Below are positions 27,332-40,100 of a stretch of 64,000 bases of DNA, in pieces. Numbering within the stretch: the first letter of the stretch is position 1; every line of letters starts with the position of its first letter. This stretch comes from Eledone cirrhosa (Eukaryota): contig OZ024740.1 of the NCBI GenBank assembly GCA_964016885.1, positions 330,708,001-330,772,000 on the forward strand. The letters are read 5' to 3'. The notes under the pieces were generated by a model. That model saw nothing but the letters and a program-made list of their open reading frames with translations, was not told the DNA's origin and made no database searches. The translations under genes and the position numbers were made by a program.

Positions 27332-28409
27332 GGAAGCTATTGACTATCTACAACATGTTCCACAAGAGGAGTGATGTCGATAGACTCTACCTAAGGAGAT
27401 CTGAGGGTGGAAGAGGTCTTATCAGCATAGAGGACTGTGTTCAGATGGAGAAAAACAACCTATACAAATACGTGACCTATAGTAAGGAGCCAATGCTCAG
27501 AACTGTACTGAAGGAGGGGACAGTAGGCCAGGGGATGTCCAAGGAGGAAATAACATCAAGGAGGAAGAGCAGCCTTAAGGGAAAATCCCTTCATAGTACC
27601 TTCTTTGAGAAAACTGAATTTAGAGATCCACAGACATGGAACTGGTTGAGAAGAGGAGACCTCAAAAAGGCTACAGAAGGAATGCTAATGGCTGCGCAGG
27701 AGCAGGCCCTCAAAACGAAGTGGTTGAAGCATCATATCTACAAGGAGGAGGCTAGCCCACTGTGCAGGATCTGTGGAGAGAGAGAGGAGACTGTGGCTCA
27801 CATTGTATCCGAGTGTAAACACCTAGCCCAGACCCACTATAAGGGCTGGAGACACGATGTGATGGGCAGGGTGATCCACTGGCACCTGTGCAAAGTAAAC
27901 AATTTACCACATTCTGAGAAATGGTATGAGCATAGGCCAGAGGCGGTGATGGAGAACAATCAGGTGAAGGTGCTGTGGGATTTTAGGATACAGACGGACA
28001 AAAAACTGGAACACAATAGACCTGACCTGGTGGTTGTGGACAAAGAAAAAAGAACGTGTCTGATTGTGGATGTGGCCTGCCCGTTCGACACGAGAGTGCA
28101 AGAGAAGGAGAGGGAGAAAATTAACCGATACCAGGACCTAAAGTGGGAGGTGAAAAGGATTTGGAACTGCCATGAAGTCAAAGTGATCCCGATTGTGATA
28201 GGCGCACTGGGGACTATCTACAAAAGTTTCCAGGGATGGTTAAAGAAAATCGGCCCCTTCACGCTTTTTGGAACGCTTCAAAAGGCATGCTTGCTTGGAA
28301 CAGCAAGAACCCTCCGATACGTCCTGAATATCTGAGGCTGCAGGTAGTGGCTTGATATTCAATCCAACGGACTTTCCAGTTAACCAACATCATTGACTGA
28401 GATTCAAGG
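27331..28409 (+). mobile_element. R4/Dong-like RLE retrotransposon family 1, 5'-truncated copy with open frame
   Basis: ORF 27340-28335 (331 aa): RLYLRRSEGGRGL, CCHC knuckle, RLE nuclease. Nearly identical to the copy at 26533. Confidence 0.93.
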
Positions 28410-28441
28410 AATAACAACAACAATAATAATAATAATAATAA

Positions 28442-28962
28442 AAAGTTCACATCTCAATCTTGTGGAACTTTAGCATCCAAACAGACCGAAAAATAGATGC
28501 AAACAGGCCTAATATAATATTGAAAGACTTTCAAAAGAGGGTATGCCTGCTAATTGATATGTCTGTTCCAATAGACAAGAATGTATCTATAAAAACATTT
28601 GAAAAATTGAGCAAGTATAAGGATCTGGAGATAGAAATTGGAAAAATGTGGAAATTGAGAACTAAAACAATACCAGTGGTTGTAGGCGCTCTGGGAATGA
28701 TACCTAAGGGGTCTAATGATTACATATCGCAAATCCCAGGAAACCCGCGTATAGGAGAAATACAAAAGATAGTATTAATGGGAACTGCCCATATACTAAG
28801 GAAGATTCTGTCAATATAAGTACATCACAAGTCTAAACGCTAAAGATTTATGTGTGAATATGTATGTTCTTTCTTGAACATGGCGGACCTTGTTGTCTCT
28901 TGAGGTCACTGGTTGTGACTTGGTGATAACTCGTATGAACATAAAGCAAGATAAATGCAACT

Positions 28963-28963
<1 letters not shown>
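28442..28963 (+). mobile_element. R4/Dong-like RLE retrotransposon family 2, 3' fragment
   Basis: ORF 28460-28819 WNFSIQTDRKIDANRPNIIL..LIDMSVP..KLSKYKDL..IPVVVGALG. Its 3' UTR differs from family 1 and ends gataaatgcaactg-(TAA)n. Confidence 0.9.
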
Positions 28964-29009
<46 letters not shown>

Positions 29010-29259
29010 GATTTCTTTATTAACCACAAGGGTTTACATAAAGTAGACATTAAGGACAGTGCAGGACAATGCAGGACGGTACAAATGGGCATTTCTGCGT
29101 GTAAAAAACAAAAACAGAGGATGTTACAAAAAATAACAATGAAAAATTCCCCAATAGGGGGGAGACTTCGGAGGGACATTTGTGGAGAAAGCCCAGTAAA
29201 AAGCCACAATGACCCTGACCACCAAGGCACGTGCCCTCTCCCAGTTTTCCACCTTTAAT

Positions 29260-32200
29260 TTACAGATATATGCTCAGAGTAGGCCCATTCACTCGGGCCA
29301 TTCTTGCTTCTCTCACCCATCTTTCAACAAAATGCTGGGAAGAGAGTACTTCCCTCTCTACTCTGATTTTCCTTTTCAAATGAAATTTGAAAAAGTCAAT
29401 CAGAGCATCACCGAAGAGGTAAGTGCTCGTCTTCAGCCCTTTCAAACGTGTCCACCATACTATCACTTTCGCCATGGCCACCAGGCAGATAAAAACTGCC
29501 TGCCCTTCCCGGCTAAAGGAGGAGGGCGGGGCAATCCTCACGATGGACTCAGATGATAGCCGGATCCGTCCTAAACGCGACAGCAGGTGTTCGACATAAA
29601 CCCACAAGTCAGCAATTTTCGGACACTGGACGAGTGCGTGCAGGACGGTTTCGTCGCCCTGCGCGCATCTCGGACATGCCCGGCTGACGGCACCTCCATG
29701 CCTGTAGAGTTTATCCCGAACTGGCAAGGCTCCTCGGTAGCACTGCCAGGCCAGAGATTTCTGGAAGTTGTCCATAGGCCCTGGCCCGAAAGTTCTTCCG
29801 AAGAGATTGGCTAGTTGATTTTCGTCGACGCCTAGAGTTTCCCCCAAGTACGTCGTCGCTCTTCCCCTCCACTAATCCTCTATAGAACGCCGAGGTGGAG
29901 TTTCCACCGATCACATTGCCCGATTGGTCGAGGGCTGTGAGCGCCTGAAGACATTCCAGTCTCTAGGCGCTCCCTCTCGGTCTTCGCTTGACCCAGGACT
30001 GCAGCTCCGTCAAGGAAACGAGCTGGGGAAACACGCGTCTAGCAAACGGCGACCACACCTGATCACCGTCGAGGAAGAGGTGGAGATGTCGTAGCCTGAG
30101 CGCGTGCCTGCGCATCATCAGCCACGGCATGCCCAGCCCTCCACGTAGCGGGTGTTGACAACAGATGGACCGCCTGACCATCGGAGCGCGTCCCTTCCAC
30201 AAAAAGCGAAAGAGCAAACGCTCCAGCACAGTCAGGCGAGGCTTAGGACAAGGTACGACGGTCAGGCGGTAGCAGATGACGGACGCGATGTACGCGTTAG
30301 CCACCTCCGCTCGACCTTTCAGGGATAGCTTCCTCGGCCCATTTCTGGGTGAGAGAAGCCACCCTGCTCGTCACCTCGTCCCAGTTTTTGTCCGTCTGGA
30401 GGTCCGGACCGAACCAGACCCCTAGCAATTTAACTGGTCCGTCCGTCCAGCGTCCGACGACGCTGTTGGACGGCATGGACCTGCCTCTCCAGGTGCCGAG
30501 CTGCAGGCCCACTGACTTTTCCTGGTTGATCATTGCTCCTGTCACCGCTTCGTATTCTCTTAGTGTAGTGCCGATCGCCTCGATGTGTTTGGCGTTCGAC
30601 ACCACTACGGTGACATCGTCCGCATATGCTGATACGGATCTTCCGCATCCTAGTTCGCGCGGGACCCCCCTCAACGTCTCCAGTTTGTGCAGTAATGGCC
30701 CGAGAGTCAATACGTACAAGAGGGACGAGAGGGGACATCCTTGGCGGACCGAGCGCATGATGTTGAACGGTTCCGACAGGTGACCGTTCACTCTCACCAC
30801 AGAGCAGATGTCGCTGTGCATGGCAGCGATCCAGCCTCTGAAGACGGGCCCAAAGCCAGCCGCCCTCAGGACTGCCGCTAGGTAACGATGGTCGACCCTA
30901 TCGAAAGCTTTCGACTGATCTAAATTGATCAAGGACCCACCCGTGCCAGGTTCCCTAGCTACCCTCTCTACGATGTATCGCATGAGGTGGAGGTTGTCGT
31001 GGATGGATCTGTCGGGAATGGCGCATGTCTGCGCCTCTCCCACCAGACCACCAACGACAAGCGCCAACCTCTTTGCTAGCACCTTGGCCCAAATCTTAAA
31101 CTCTGTGTTTAGCAGAGTTATGGGCCAGAAATTTTCTATGTTATCCCCCTTGTTCGGATCCTTTCTCAGCAGTGCCACCGCTCCTCGGCTCACAGAACTG
31201 GGAATTCTCCCGTTCTGTTGCCAGTTGCAGTAGACGTCCGCCAAGAGGCCTCCGAACAAGTCTGGCATCTGTACGTAAAGTTCATAGGGCAGACCATCCA
31301 AACCAGGCGATTTACCCCTTGTGCAGCCAGTCATTGCCTCCCTTACTTCAGCGGCTGTTATCGGCTTTTCGCAACACTTCGCCTCAGTGGCCGAGAGCCG
31401 CGGCAGTCCGTCGAGGTAGACACTAAAGTCCATCCCTCTACCCGGCCCACCGCTGCCCCCGAACAGCTGAGCGAAGTGTCGCTGAAAAGCTTCACACATT
31501 TGCCCGGGATCGAGTAGCATGCGCCCGTCGTGGTCCACCAAAGACCGGATCGTGGCTTTGTTGCCACGACGCGCCTCCGCCACTCGGGCCCATTGAACGG
31601 CTTTCGTCCCCTCGTGTCTGAGAGCACGCACCATTGCTCTGACAACGCAGCCTTCGTGCTTTGCATTGAAGAATTGGTCAAGGGGCAATTTCGCCGCAAG
31701 CACGTCGGTCGCAATGCCTTTGCTAAGCGCCTCGTCTAATTTTCTAACTAGTTCTCCCTCTGCTCTATTTTTCTCTATTGCTAAAGCCTTACTAAATCTA
31801 ATCGATTCTATTCTAATCGCTCTTTTCAGAGCAAACCACCACTTGTTGTTGACGATGGCCCCCGTCAACGCCCGCTTAACTAGTTCGCTAATCCGGTCTC
31901 TGTAGGCCTTGCGCGCTGGTAAGGACGCGTTTAGCTTCCAGTAGCCGGGTCCTCGTCTATGAAGCCTATCTAAGTCAAGCACACAGATCACGAATGTGTG
32001 GTCTGTGTAGCTGACTATCTTGAATTGTGGACAGCCTATGCTAGACCTATCTATTTCCCTACAAAATACTCTATCTAGATATGATCTGGATGACCCTATG
32101 CGGTTTGTCCAAGTCCACATTGGCACATTCGGGAAATCCAATCGGTACCTGTCAGACAGTTCAAAACGCCTGAGCAGGTTGGTGAGGCTCTTGCACCCTC

Positions 32201-32678
32201 CACCCCTATCCGCTAATCCCACACAGTCCCAGCGTACATCTAAGATCCCGTTCCAGTCGCCCACTAACACTAAAGAGCGCGACGTTCCAAGAAAGGTCTC
32301 CAGACGCCGGAAGAAATCAGGCCGCCCTGCTCCTGTCGGGGCATAGACGGCCACTAGCCTGAAAGCTTGCCCGTCTCCGCTGGTCACGTCCAGCACCACC
32401 AGCTTACCCTCTGGGTCCAGGAAGATGGCCCGTATGGCGAGATCCAAACCTCTCCGAAAAAGTACAGCAACTCCTCCACCGGATCCAGGACGGCTGGGAG
32501 ATGCGTACACATCGTAGCCGCCGAAGATCGGTGCGAAGGCCCGTGCTTCGGAGATTCTGGTCTCGCTGATGGCCACTACATCTATGTTTAGTGACCTGAG
32601 GTCGTTGAGCAGGTGACCCTGCTTCCAAGACGACCCCAAGCCACGCGCATTTATGCTGCCTATTCTGAGTGAGGTCAT
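29260..32678 (-). pseudogene. Element B ORF2: APE endonuclease, reverse transcriptase, CCHC finger (few disruptions)
   Basis: SINARGL, AISET, GDWN, LDR, TDH, GPGYWKLN, KSPGLDG, DQSKAFD, VRQGCPLS, YADD, CPRC..ETVLHALVQC. Frameshifts near 30330 and 29845, stop at 29963. Confidence 0.92.
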
Positions 32679-32713
32679 GTTTAAAATAGAGTGAAAAAGA
32701 TGGGAAAGACCAC

Positions 32714-34809
32714 TTACCGTACTTTTGGTAGAGGAGGGATGGTTTTTACATCCCTTTTCACTTGATCGTCTGGTGAAGGGACCGTTGAATCGTCCCTTCG
32801 GCTGGTCGTCGGCTCTTCTAAGAGAATGTCTGAGTATACTCTTCGATTGATGGTTCCTCCTAGGTCCCTGAAATCACCAACTGTGTTGGGGAATTTCGTT
32901 TTAATATTTGTGTATTGTTTCTGTGCTATTTTTAGCAGTCTTATGTTAGTTGGCGTTTTGATTGGTGCTGGTATTATGTAGTCCTGTTGTGAAATGTCTG
33001 TGTGTTCAATTATGTAAGTCATTAGTTTCTTGTTGTGTGTATTTATTGCCGTGCATTTGTTTTTCTGGGGGTGGGGTGTGGTTCTGCTATTTTCTTGTCG
33101 TTGTTGCTGGGTGTGTGTGTTTTGTTGTTGTGTTTGCGATGTTGGTGCTTGTGGTGGTGGTGTTGAAGGTGTTGTTGGCGGTGGGGTTGTCGCCGGTGGT
33201 GATGGTGGCGCTAGTGTGGGTGGTGATGGTGTTGGTGTTGTTGCTGCTGTGGGTCTCTTTGCAGTAGACTTTACCCTTTTCTCATTTCTTTCCTCCCTTT
33301 TCAAAGGCGACGATGCGCTGCTTCTGCGTTTGTGCCTTCTTACGACCTTTTGCCATCTCTCTCCCACCTCACACTCCATGTCTGATTCTGTGAGGTCGGG
33401 GAGGGGTACCAACTCCACTCTTTCACTTGTTGTTGTTGGTGATGTTTGCACTGGAGTCTCTGTTGCAGCTGCATTTGGTATTGCTGTTGTTGTTGTTAGT
33501 ATTTCCACTGCTGCTGCTGTTTTTGATTTCCGTGGAGTGGGTATGGGTGCCACGGGCCTATCGTTCCTGGTTGCCGCTTGTCCTGTTGCTGGTAGCCGTG
33601 GAGCCGGATTCGGAAGGAGGGGGGTTTTCTCCTTTCTCAGGGTCTTCTCGTTGCAGAAGGCCCTGAGGTGAGTCTTCGATCCACAGCGAAAGCATTTCGG
33701 GCGTTTGCCCTCAACACTTATGGGCAGTTGAGTGCCGTTATCGAAGTCTATCACATCCGGGATAGCTTCGATGCACTCCTGGTTGGTTTGGATTAGCATC
33801 TCAATGGAGGAGCCGACCCAATCTTCTCTTACTTTTTTCTGTACTTGCAGTACAGTTGTTTTGTCCTCGATTCCGACGAGGACAGACGCGGCCAGCCAAG
33901 AAGGGGTCATTCCGGGGGGGACGTGGGTCAGTTTGACCCTCACAATTTTTTGCCCACAGTAGGAGGGCACCAACACCATTTCCTCGCTCCTTAGGGTCAC
34001 TACTGATTGGGCCTTTGCCTCCTGGGGTGTGGCAAAAAGTACGTCTACGGTGGCATATTTTTTGCCTCGGGTGATGTGCGTTTTCCGCTGCCACACAGAC
34101 CCCAAGGCTTTTTGTATTTGGGCCTCTGTGGCTCTTTCCACCCTACGGGATTTTGTACTTACTGTACGGTACGTGACCGTACAGTGCTCTTGGGTTTCGA
34201 AAACATTTTTCGCTGCCTTGCAGATTGCTCGGTGTCCGTTGTTTGTCACCATCTTCTTCGCTTCCTCTAATTCCTCATTTGTTATGAGGATTGTTTCCAA
34301 GTTTTTCGCAATACCTGCAAATGAGATTGGTTTTTCTCTGCTGTTGTTGTTGTCGTCAGAGCTGCTGGTACTTTTGTTGTTGCTGCTGGTACTACGACTA
34401 CTGCCTCCGCCGCTGTTGCTGTGGTTGTTGTTGGTGTTGCTGCTGCTAATGCTGTTGTTGTTTATGCTGCTGGTGATGCTGTTGGGCTGCTACTGTTGTT
34501 TTCATTGTCACTGTTGCTGTTGTTATTACGGCTGCTACTGCTATTATTCCTGACGTCAGACGAATGAACTGGGTTTTCGTATTTCCCGCACACCTGTTTC
34601 GTAGCTGTCGTCGTCGTCGTGGAGAAACCTTGCACGCTTTGCACGAGACTTTTCTTTTCTTTCGTCACTTGCGAAAGAGAAGGGAGGGAGAGAGACACAT
34701 TTAAAGAAGGGAGGGAGAGAGACAATCTTCTCTCTGCTGTAGTGATGATTGAGGAAGAAGAAGACGGAATGAGTGGGAGTGACGTATGAAATTTCTTTTT
34801 CGTAGCCAT
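32714..34809 (-). pseudogene. Element B ORF1 (zinc-knuckle nucleic-acid-binding protein), one apparent frameshift near 34480
   Basis: ORF 32714-34300 has CFRCGSKTHLRAFC (CX2CX4HX4C) and a Pro/Thr-rich tail. The frame extends upstream through an Asn/Ser-rich tract and SFAGIAK. The ATG at 34809 is one frame off. Confidence 0.85.
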
Positions 34810-35024
34810 GTTGTTTTTTGTTTAAAATGAAATTTTGGGTACAAAACCCCAATAACTGATTATTTAACCCCGAAGGGCCAAATAACGGACAGAAAGACCC
34901 CTCTCACGAGGAGGAGGGTGTCTTTATCAACAATTTGGTTCAAGTTTTAAACAATTTACAATTGTTTTAACAGTTAAAAATTACTATACCTTACAGAGCC
35001 GAGCCTCCGTCAACCATGGCATTC

Positions 35025-35063
<39 letters not shown>

Positions 35064-35100
35064 GCAAGATAAATGCAACTGTAATAATAATAATAATAAT

Positions 35101-35643
35101 GATTTCTTTATTAACCACAAGGGTTTACATAAAGTAGACATTAAGGACAGTGCAGGACAATGCAGGACGGTACAAATGGGCATTTCTGCGTGTAAAAAAA
35201 ACAAAAACAGAGGATGTAACAAAAATAACAATGAAAATAACAATGAAAAATTCCCCAATAGGGGGGAGACTTCGGAGGGACATTTGTGGAGAAAGCCCAG
35301 TAAAAAGCCACAATGACCCTGACCACCAAGGCAAGTGCCCTCTCCCAGTTTTCCACCTTTAGTTTACAGATATATACTCAGAGTCGGCCCATTCACTCGG
35401 GCCATTCTTGCTTCTCTCACCCATCTTTCAACAAAATGCTGGGAAGAGAGCACTTCCTTCTCTACTCTGATTTTCCTTTTCAAATGAAATTTGAAAAAGT
35501 CAATCAGAGCATCACCGAAGAGGTAAGTGCTCGTCTTCAGCCCTTTCAAACGTGTCCACCATACTATCTCTTTCGCCATGGCCACCAGACAGATAAAAAC
35601 TGCCTGCCCTTCCCGGCTAAAGGAGGAGGGCGGGGCAATCCTC
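35101..35643 (-). mobile_element. Tx1-like element C, 5'-truncated 3' end
   Basis: Near-identical to 29010-29540. (TAA)n at both ends. Confidence 0.92.
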
Positions 35644-35660
35644 AATAATAATAATAATAA

Positions 35661-35914
35661 GGTCTAATGATTACTTATCGCAAATCCCAGGAAACCCGCG
35701 TATAGGAGAAATACAAAAGATAGTATTAATGGGAACTGCCCATATACTAAGGAAGATTCTGTCAATATAAGTACATCACAAGTCTAAACACTAAAGATTT
35801 ATGTGTGAATATGTATGATCTTTCTTGAACATGGCGCACCTTGTTGTCTCTTGAGGTCACTGGTTGTGACTTGGTGATAACTCGTATGAACATAAAGCAA
35901 GATAAATGCAACTC
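35661..35914 (+). mobile_element. R4/Dong-like family 2, short 3' fragment
   Basis: Near-identical to 28710-28963. (TAA)n at both ends. Confidence 0.9.
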
Positions 35915-35936
35915 TAATAATAATAATAATAATAAT

Positions 35937-36850
35937 AGACTGAATTGATGACCCGGTCAAAATAAGAAAATAAAAAAATAAAAATCAAGTTTTAGTTTTA
36001 ACAAAATGTTTAAATCCAATATTAAGGTAATATGTCAACACATATACGCGACTAATGATAATTTCACTAAAGATAATTTCACCACCAATACCACCACCAC
36101 TACCACGATGAAAACTCTGATCAAGTCGACTCAAATTTCTACTCCAACTTCAACACCATCACTACAGTAATACGACCACATCACCACCACCACTGCCTCA
36201 TTATCGCTACCGCCACCACTCTCTCCCACTACCTCCTGCTAGTTGCTGCTGGCACAGCACCGCCACCACCACCGCCGCCGCTGCCTCAATATCACTACCG
36301 CCGGTATTCTCTCCCGCTACCCCCTGCTACATTGTAGAATTCTCACTAAAAGAGGAAAACATCAAAATATATAAATAGACTGAATTGATGACTCGGTCAA
36401 AATCAAAAAAAAAAAAATCAAAATCAAGTTTTAGTTTTAACAAAATGTTTAATTCCAATAGTAAGATAATATGTCTACACATATACGCGACTAATGATAA
36501 TTTCACTAAAGATAATTTCACCACCACTGCCACGATGAAAACTCTGGTCAAGTCGACTCTTCTGCTCCATCTTCAACACCATCGCTACAGTAATACGACC
36601 ACATCGCCACCGCCGCTGCCTCATTATCGCTACCGCCGCTGCCTCATTATCGCTACCGCCGCTATTCTCTCCCACTACCTCCTGCTAGTTGCTGCTGGCA
36701 CAGCACCGCCACCGCCGCCGCCGCCGCTGCCTCATTATCACTACCGCCGCTATTCTCTCCCGGTAGCCTCTGCTACATTGTAGAATTCTCACTAAAAAAA
36801 GAAGGCATCAAAATATATAAATAGACTGAATTGGTCAAAATAAAAAAAAT
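35937..36850 (+). repeat. ~440 bp tandem monomers (2 plus a partial third)
   Basis: agactgaattg begins units at 35937, 36377 and 36823. The units align throughout. Confidence 0.9.
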
Positions 36851-37165
36851 AAAAAATAAAAATCAAAGCAGCACAGCGACAACGAAAAACGTAAAGGAAA
36901 TAAAAATGAAGAGAAAATCAAACGGACGGACTGAGAAGGGAAGGGAAAAACTAAGTCAGACAATCAAACACTACATTAAAATAAAACTTATGCTTATTTA
37001 TTTTTGGGGTTTTATCTGCCTGTTTGTTTGTTTGTATATTTGGGTTCGTCTACAGCGTGATAATGCCACACAAAAGTCACGTGCATTGACGAAACCACCG
37101 GAGACAAGTAATTCACCGGTGGTTATGTAACCATACATTCGCCAATCCTCGATAAGAGTGTTTAA

Positions 37166-40100
37166 ATGTCGAACCTAAACAGTTCGAATAACGGTGAAAT
37201 GGAGACTAGAATGTCATGTGACAGACTCTCACCCAACAGCTGCTCCCTGGCTCAGCAGCAAGGACCTGGCTGTCAACCAAATACTGCTGGTGTCGGAGCA
37301 AGAAGAAGAAGGAAATGGACCAGAACCAACTGGACGAAAGAATTGAATAGAACTGTTATCCAATGTTACCTGAAGAGTAACCCCAAGGAGAAAGGCTATA
37401 GGAAAAGGATGCATAACATCTGGAACGTGATTGGTCCATTTAAATTAGATGAACAAAAACTGACCGGGCAGGCTCGAGTAATAAGAACTAATGGGTAGAT
37501 AAGCGAGCTGGAACTGGAGGAACTGAGCAGAGAGATTTAGGCTGGAAATGGAGAGTAGAGTATGCCAGGCAAACGAGCCAGTGGGAAATGAAGGTGAAGA
37601 GGTCGAGAGAACGGAGGAACCACCCGAAGCAGACAATGATCTGAATGCTGAGATAAATAATACCTGGAACAGAGATACGGCCACTGAGGAGATAAATGCT
37701 GACGGGCTAGGACACGATTTGGTTGATATCCTAAACTTAGTGGTAGATGAATTGAACAACGATAGTGGGAGACTTATGAACCTAAGATTTGTAGAGAGGA
37801 AAAAGTTAAAAGAAACAACAGCTATGGTAAACAAAGTCATCCCATACATTGAGGCGAGGAGCCTTCACCAGTGCAACAATATCCTCAAAGTAACAGCAAA
37901 TACGGTGAGGAAACTACTTGGTATAAAAGCGAGAGGAAACAACAGACAAGAAAGAGCTGAACCTTGGTGGAAGAAACGACTGAGTGGTCAAATCAGGGAA
38001 ATGAGAAATGACATTGGAAAGCTTGAGTCCCTACTGAATGGGACACTAAAAAACATAGACACTAAAAATAGACTGGAAATAAAGTACAAAACTAGGAGGA
38101 AAAAGGTAAATATTATCATAGAGGAACTGTAGCAACGATTGAAGCAAAGAGTGCAAAAATCAGGCGATACGAGAACAGAGTCAGTCAGTATAGACAGAAC
38201 CGCATGTTCGACAGCAACCAGAAGATGCTGTTTGGACAGCTTGAAGGAAAAGAAAGAGGCAACGACTTGATCCCTGAGTCGGAACAAACTAAAACATTCT
38301 GGAGAGGAATATGGGAGCAGGATGTTAGACATAATGACCAGGCAGTGTGGATTGAAACAGTACAGAAGGAGATCAGTGAACAGGCACACCAACAAACTGA
38401 TTTGAGTATCACAGTTGAAACTCTTAAGGGGCAGGCCAAAAAACTAACCAACTGGAAATCACCTGGCCCAGATGGTGTGCAGGGGTATTGGATTAAAAAC
38501 ATAACATCCCTCCACCCGAAACTGACAACCATGTTCAATGACTGCTTGATGTCAGGTGAGGTAGCAGAGTGGTTGACAAAAGGTACCATAGTTCTGGTAA
38601 TGAAAGATCAAATCAAGGGTAATGATGTTACCAACTATAGACCTATCACATGTCTGCTCGTAATGTTGAAACTGTTGACAAGCATTGTGTCTGAGGAAAT
38701 CTACCATCACCTCCACACAAACAACTTGTTACCGGACGAACAGAAAGGATGCCGAAAGAAGTCACGTGGTACAAAGGACCAGTTACTTATTGATAAAATG
38801 GTAATGAGGAATTGCCATGGGATGGATAGACTACAAAAAGGCATTTGACGTGGTGCCTCATTCTTGGATCACCAAAAGCCTGGAGATCTTCAAGGTGGCA
38901 GATAACATCAGACAGTTGTTGGGCAAAAGTATGAAGTCCTGGGAAACAGAGTTAACATCAACTGGAGAATTCTTGGGAAGCGTGAAGATCAAGAGAGGTA
39001 TCTTCCAGGGAGATAGTCTGTCCCCTCTGTTGTTTGTCCTTACCCTGATGCCCCTGATCAGTGTACTGCGAAAAGTGAGAGCAGGATACAGGTTGGGAAA
39101 GGGAGGGCTTACCATCAATCACCTCCTCTTCGTGGACGATCTTAAGCTCTTCGGGAAGAGTGAGAAAGAGTTGGATGTGCTTCTTGACACTGTCCGTATT
39201 TTCAGCAATTTGGTATTAGTAAGTGTGGAGTCATTGTGATGAAGAGGGGTATGTTGAGCAGAAGTAACGGAATCCAGGTACCAACGGGAGAGATGATAAA
39301 GGAAATTGACTCTGAAGAAGGATACAAGTATTTGGGCGTTCTGGAGGCTGATGACATCAAGAACAAAAAAATGAAGGAATTGATAAGAACTGAATACATT
39401 CGGAGAGTAAGGAGCGTATTAAAATCACATCTGAACAGTAGGAATGCCATAAGTGCAGTCAATTCCCGAGATGTGTCCATTATTAGGTAGAGTGCGGGAA
39501 TTCTGAGATGGAATGTTGCTGAACAAAAAGAAATGGATAGGAAGACTAGGAAGCTATTGAATATATACAACATGTTCCACAATAGGCGTGATGTCGATAG
39601 ACTCTACTTAAGGAGATCTGAAGATGGAAGAGGTATTATCAGCATAGAGGACTGTGTTCAGATGGAGAAACACAACCTACTCAAATACGTGACTGATAGT
39701 AAGGAGCCAATGCTCAGAATTGTACTGAAGGAGAGGACAATAGACCAGGGAATGTCCAAGGAGGAAATAACAACAAGGAGAAAGAACAGCCTTCATGAAA
39801 AATCCCTTCATAGTACCTTCTTTGAGAAAACTGAATTCAGAGATCCACAGACATGGAACTGGTTGAAAAGAGGAGACCTTAAAAAGGCTACAGAAGGAAT
39901 GCTAATGGCTGTGCAAGAGTAGGCCCTCAAAACGAAGTGGTTGAAACACCATATTTACAAGGAGGAGGCTAGCCCACTGTGCAGGATCTGTTGAGAGGGA
40001 GAGGAGACTGTGGCTCACATTGTATCCGAGTGTAAACACCTAGCCCATACTCACTATAAGGGTTGGAGACATGATGTGATGGGCAGGGTGATCCACTGGC

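Larger units (their letters stand above)
29007..35024 (-). mobile_element. Tx1-like L1-clade element B, full length (~6.0 kb)
   Basis: 5' UTR, ORF1, short spacer, ORF2 and 3' UTR with AATAAA. (TAA)n at both ends. Confidence 0.93.

Noticed and set aside
30349-34553. Many plus-strand ORFs overlapping the Tx1 elements
   Set aside because: Antisense shadows of GC-rich or low-complexity coding sequence, repeated only because the elements are repeated.
37130-37165. HDV-like ribozyme around tcctcg
   Set aside because: P3 and P1 pairings could not be assigned.
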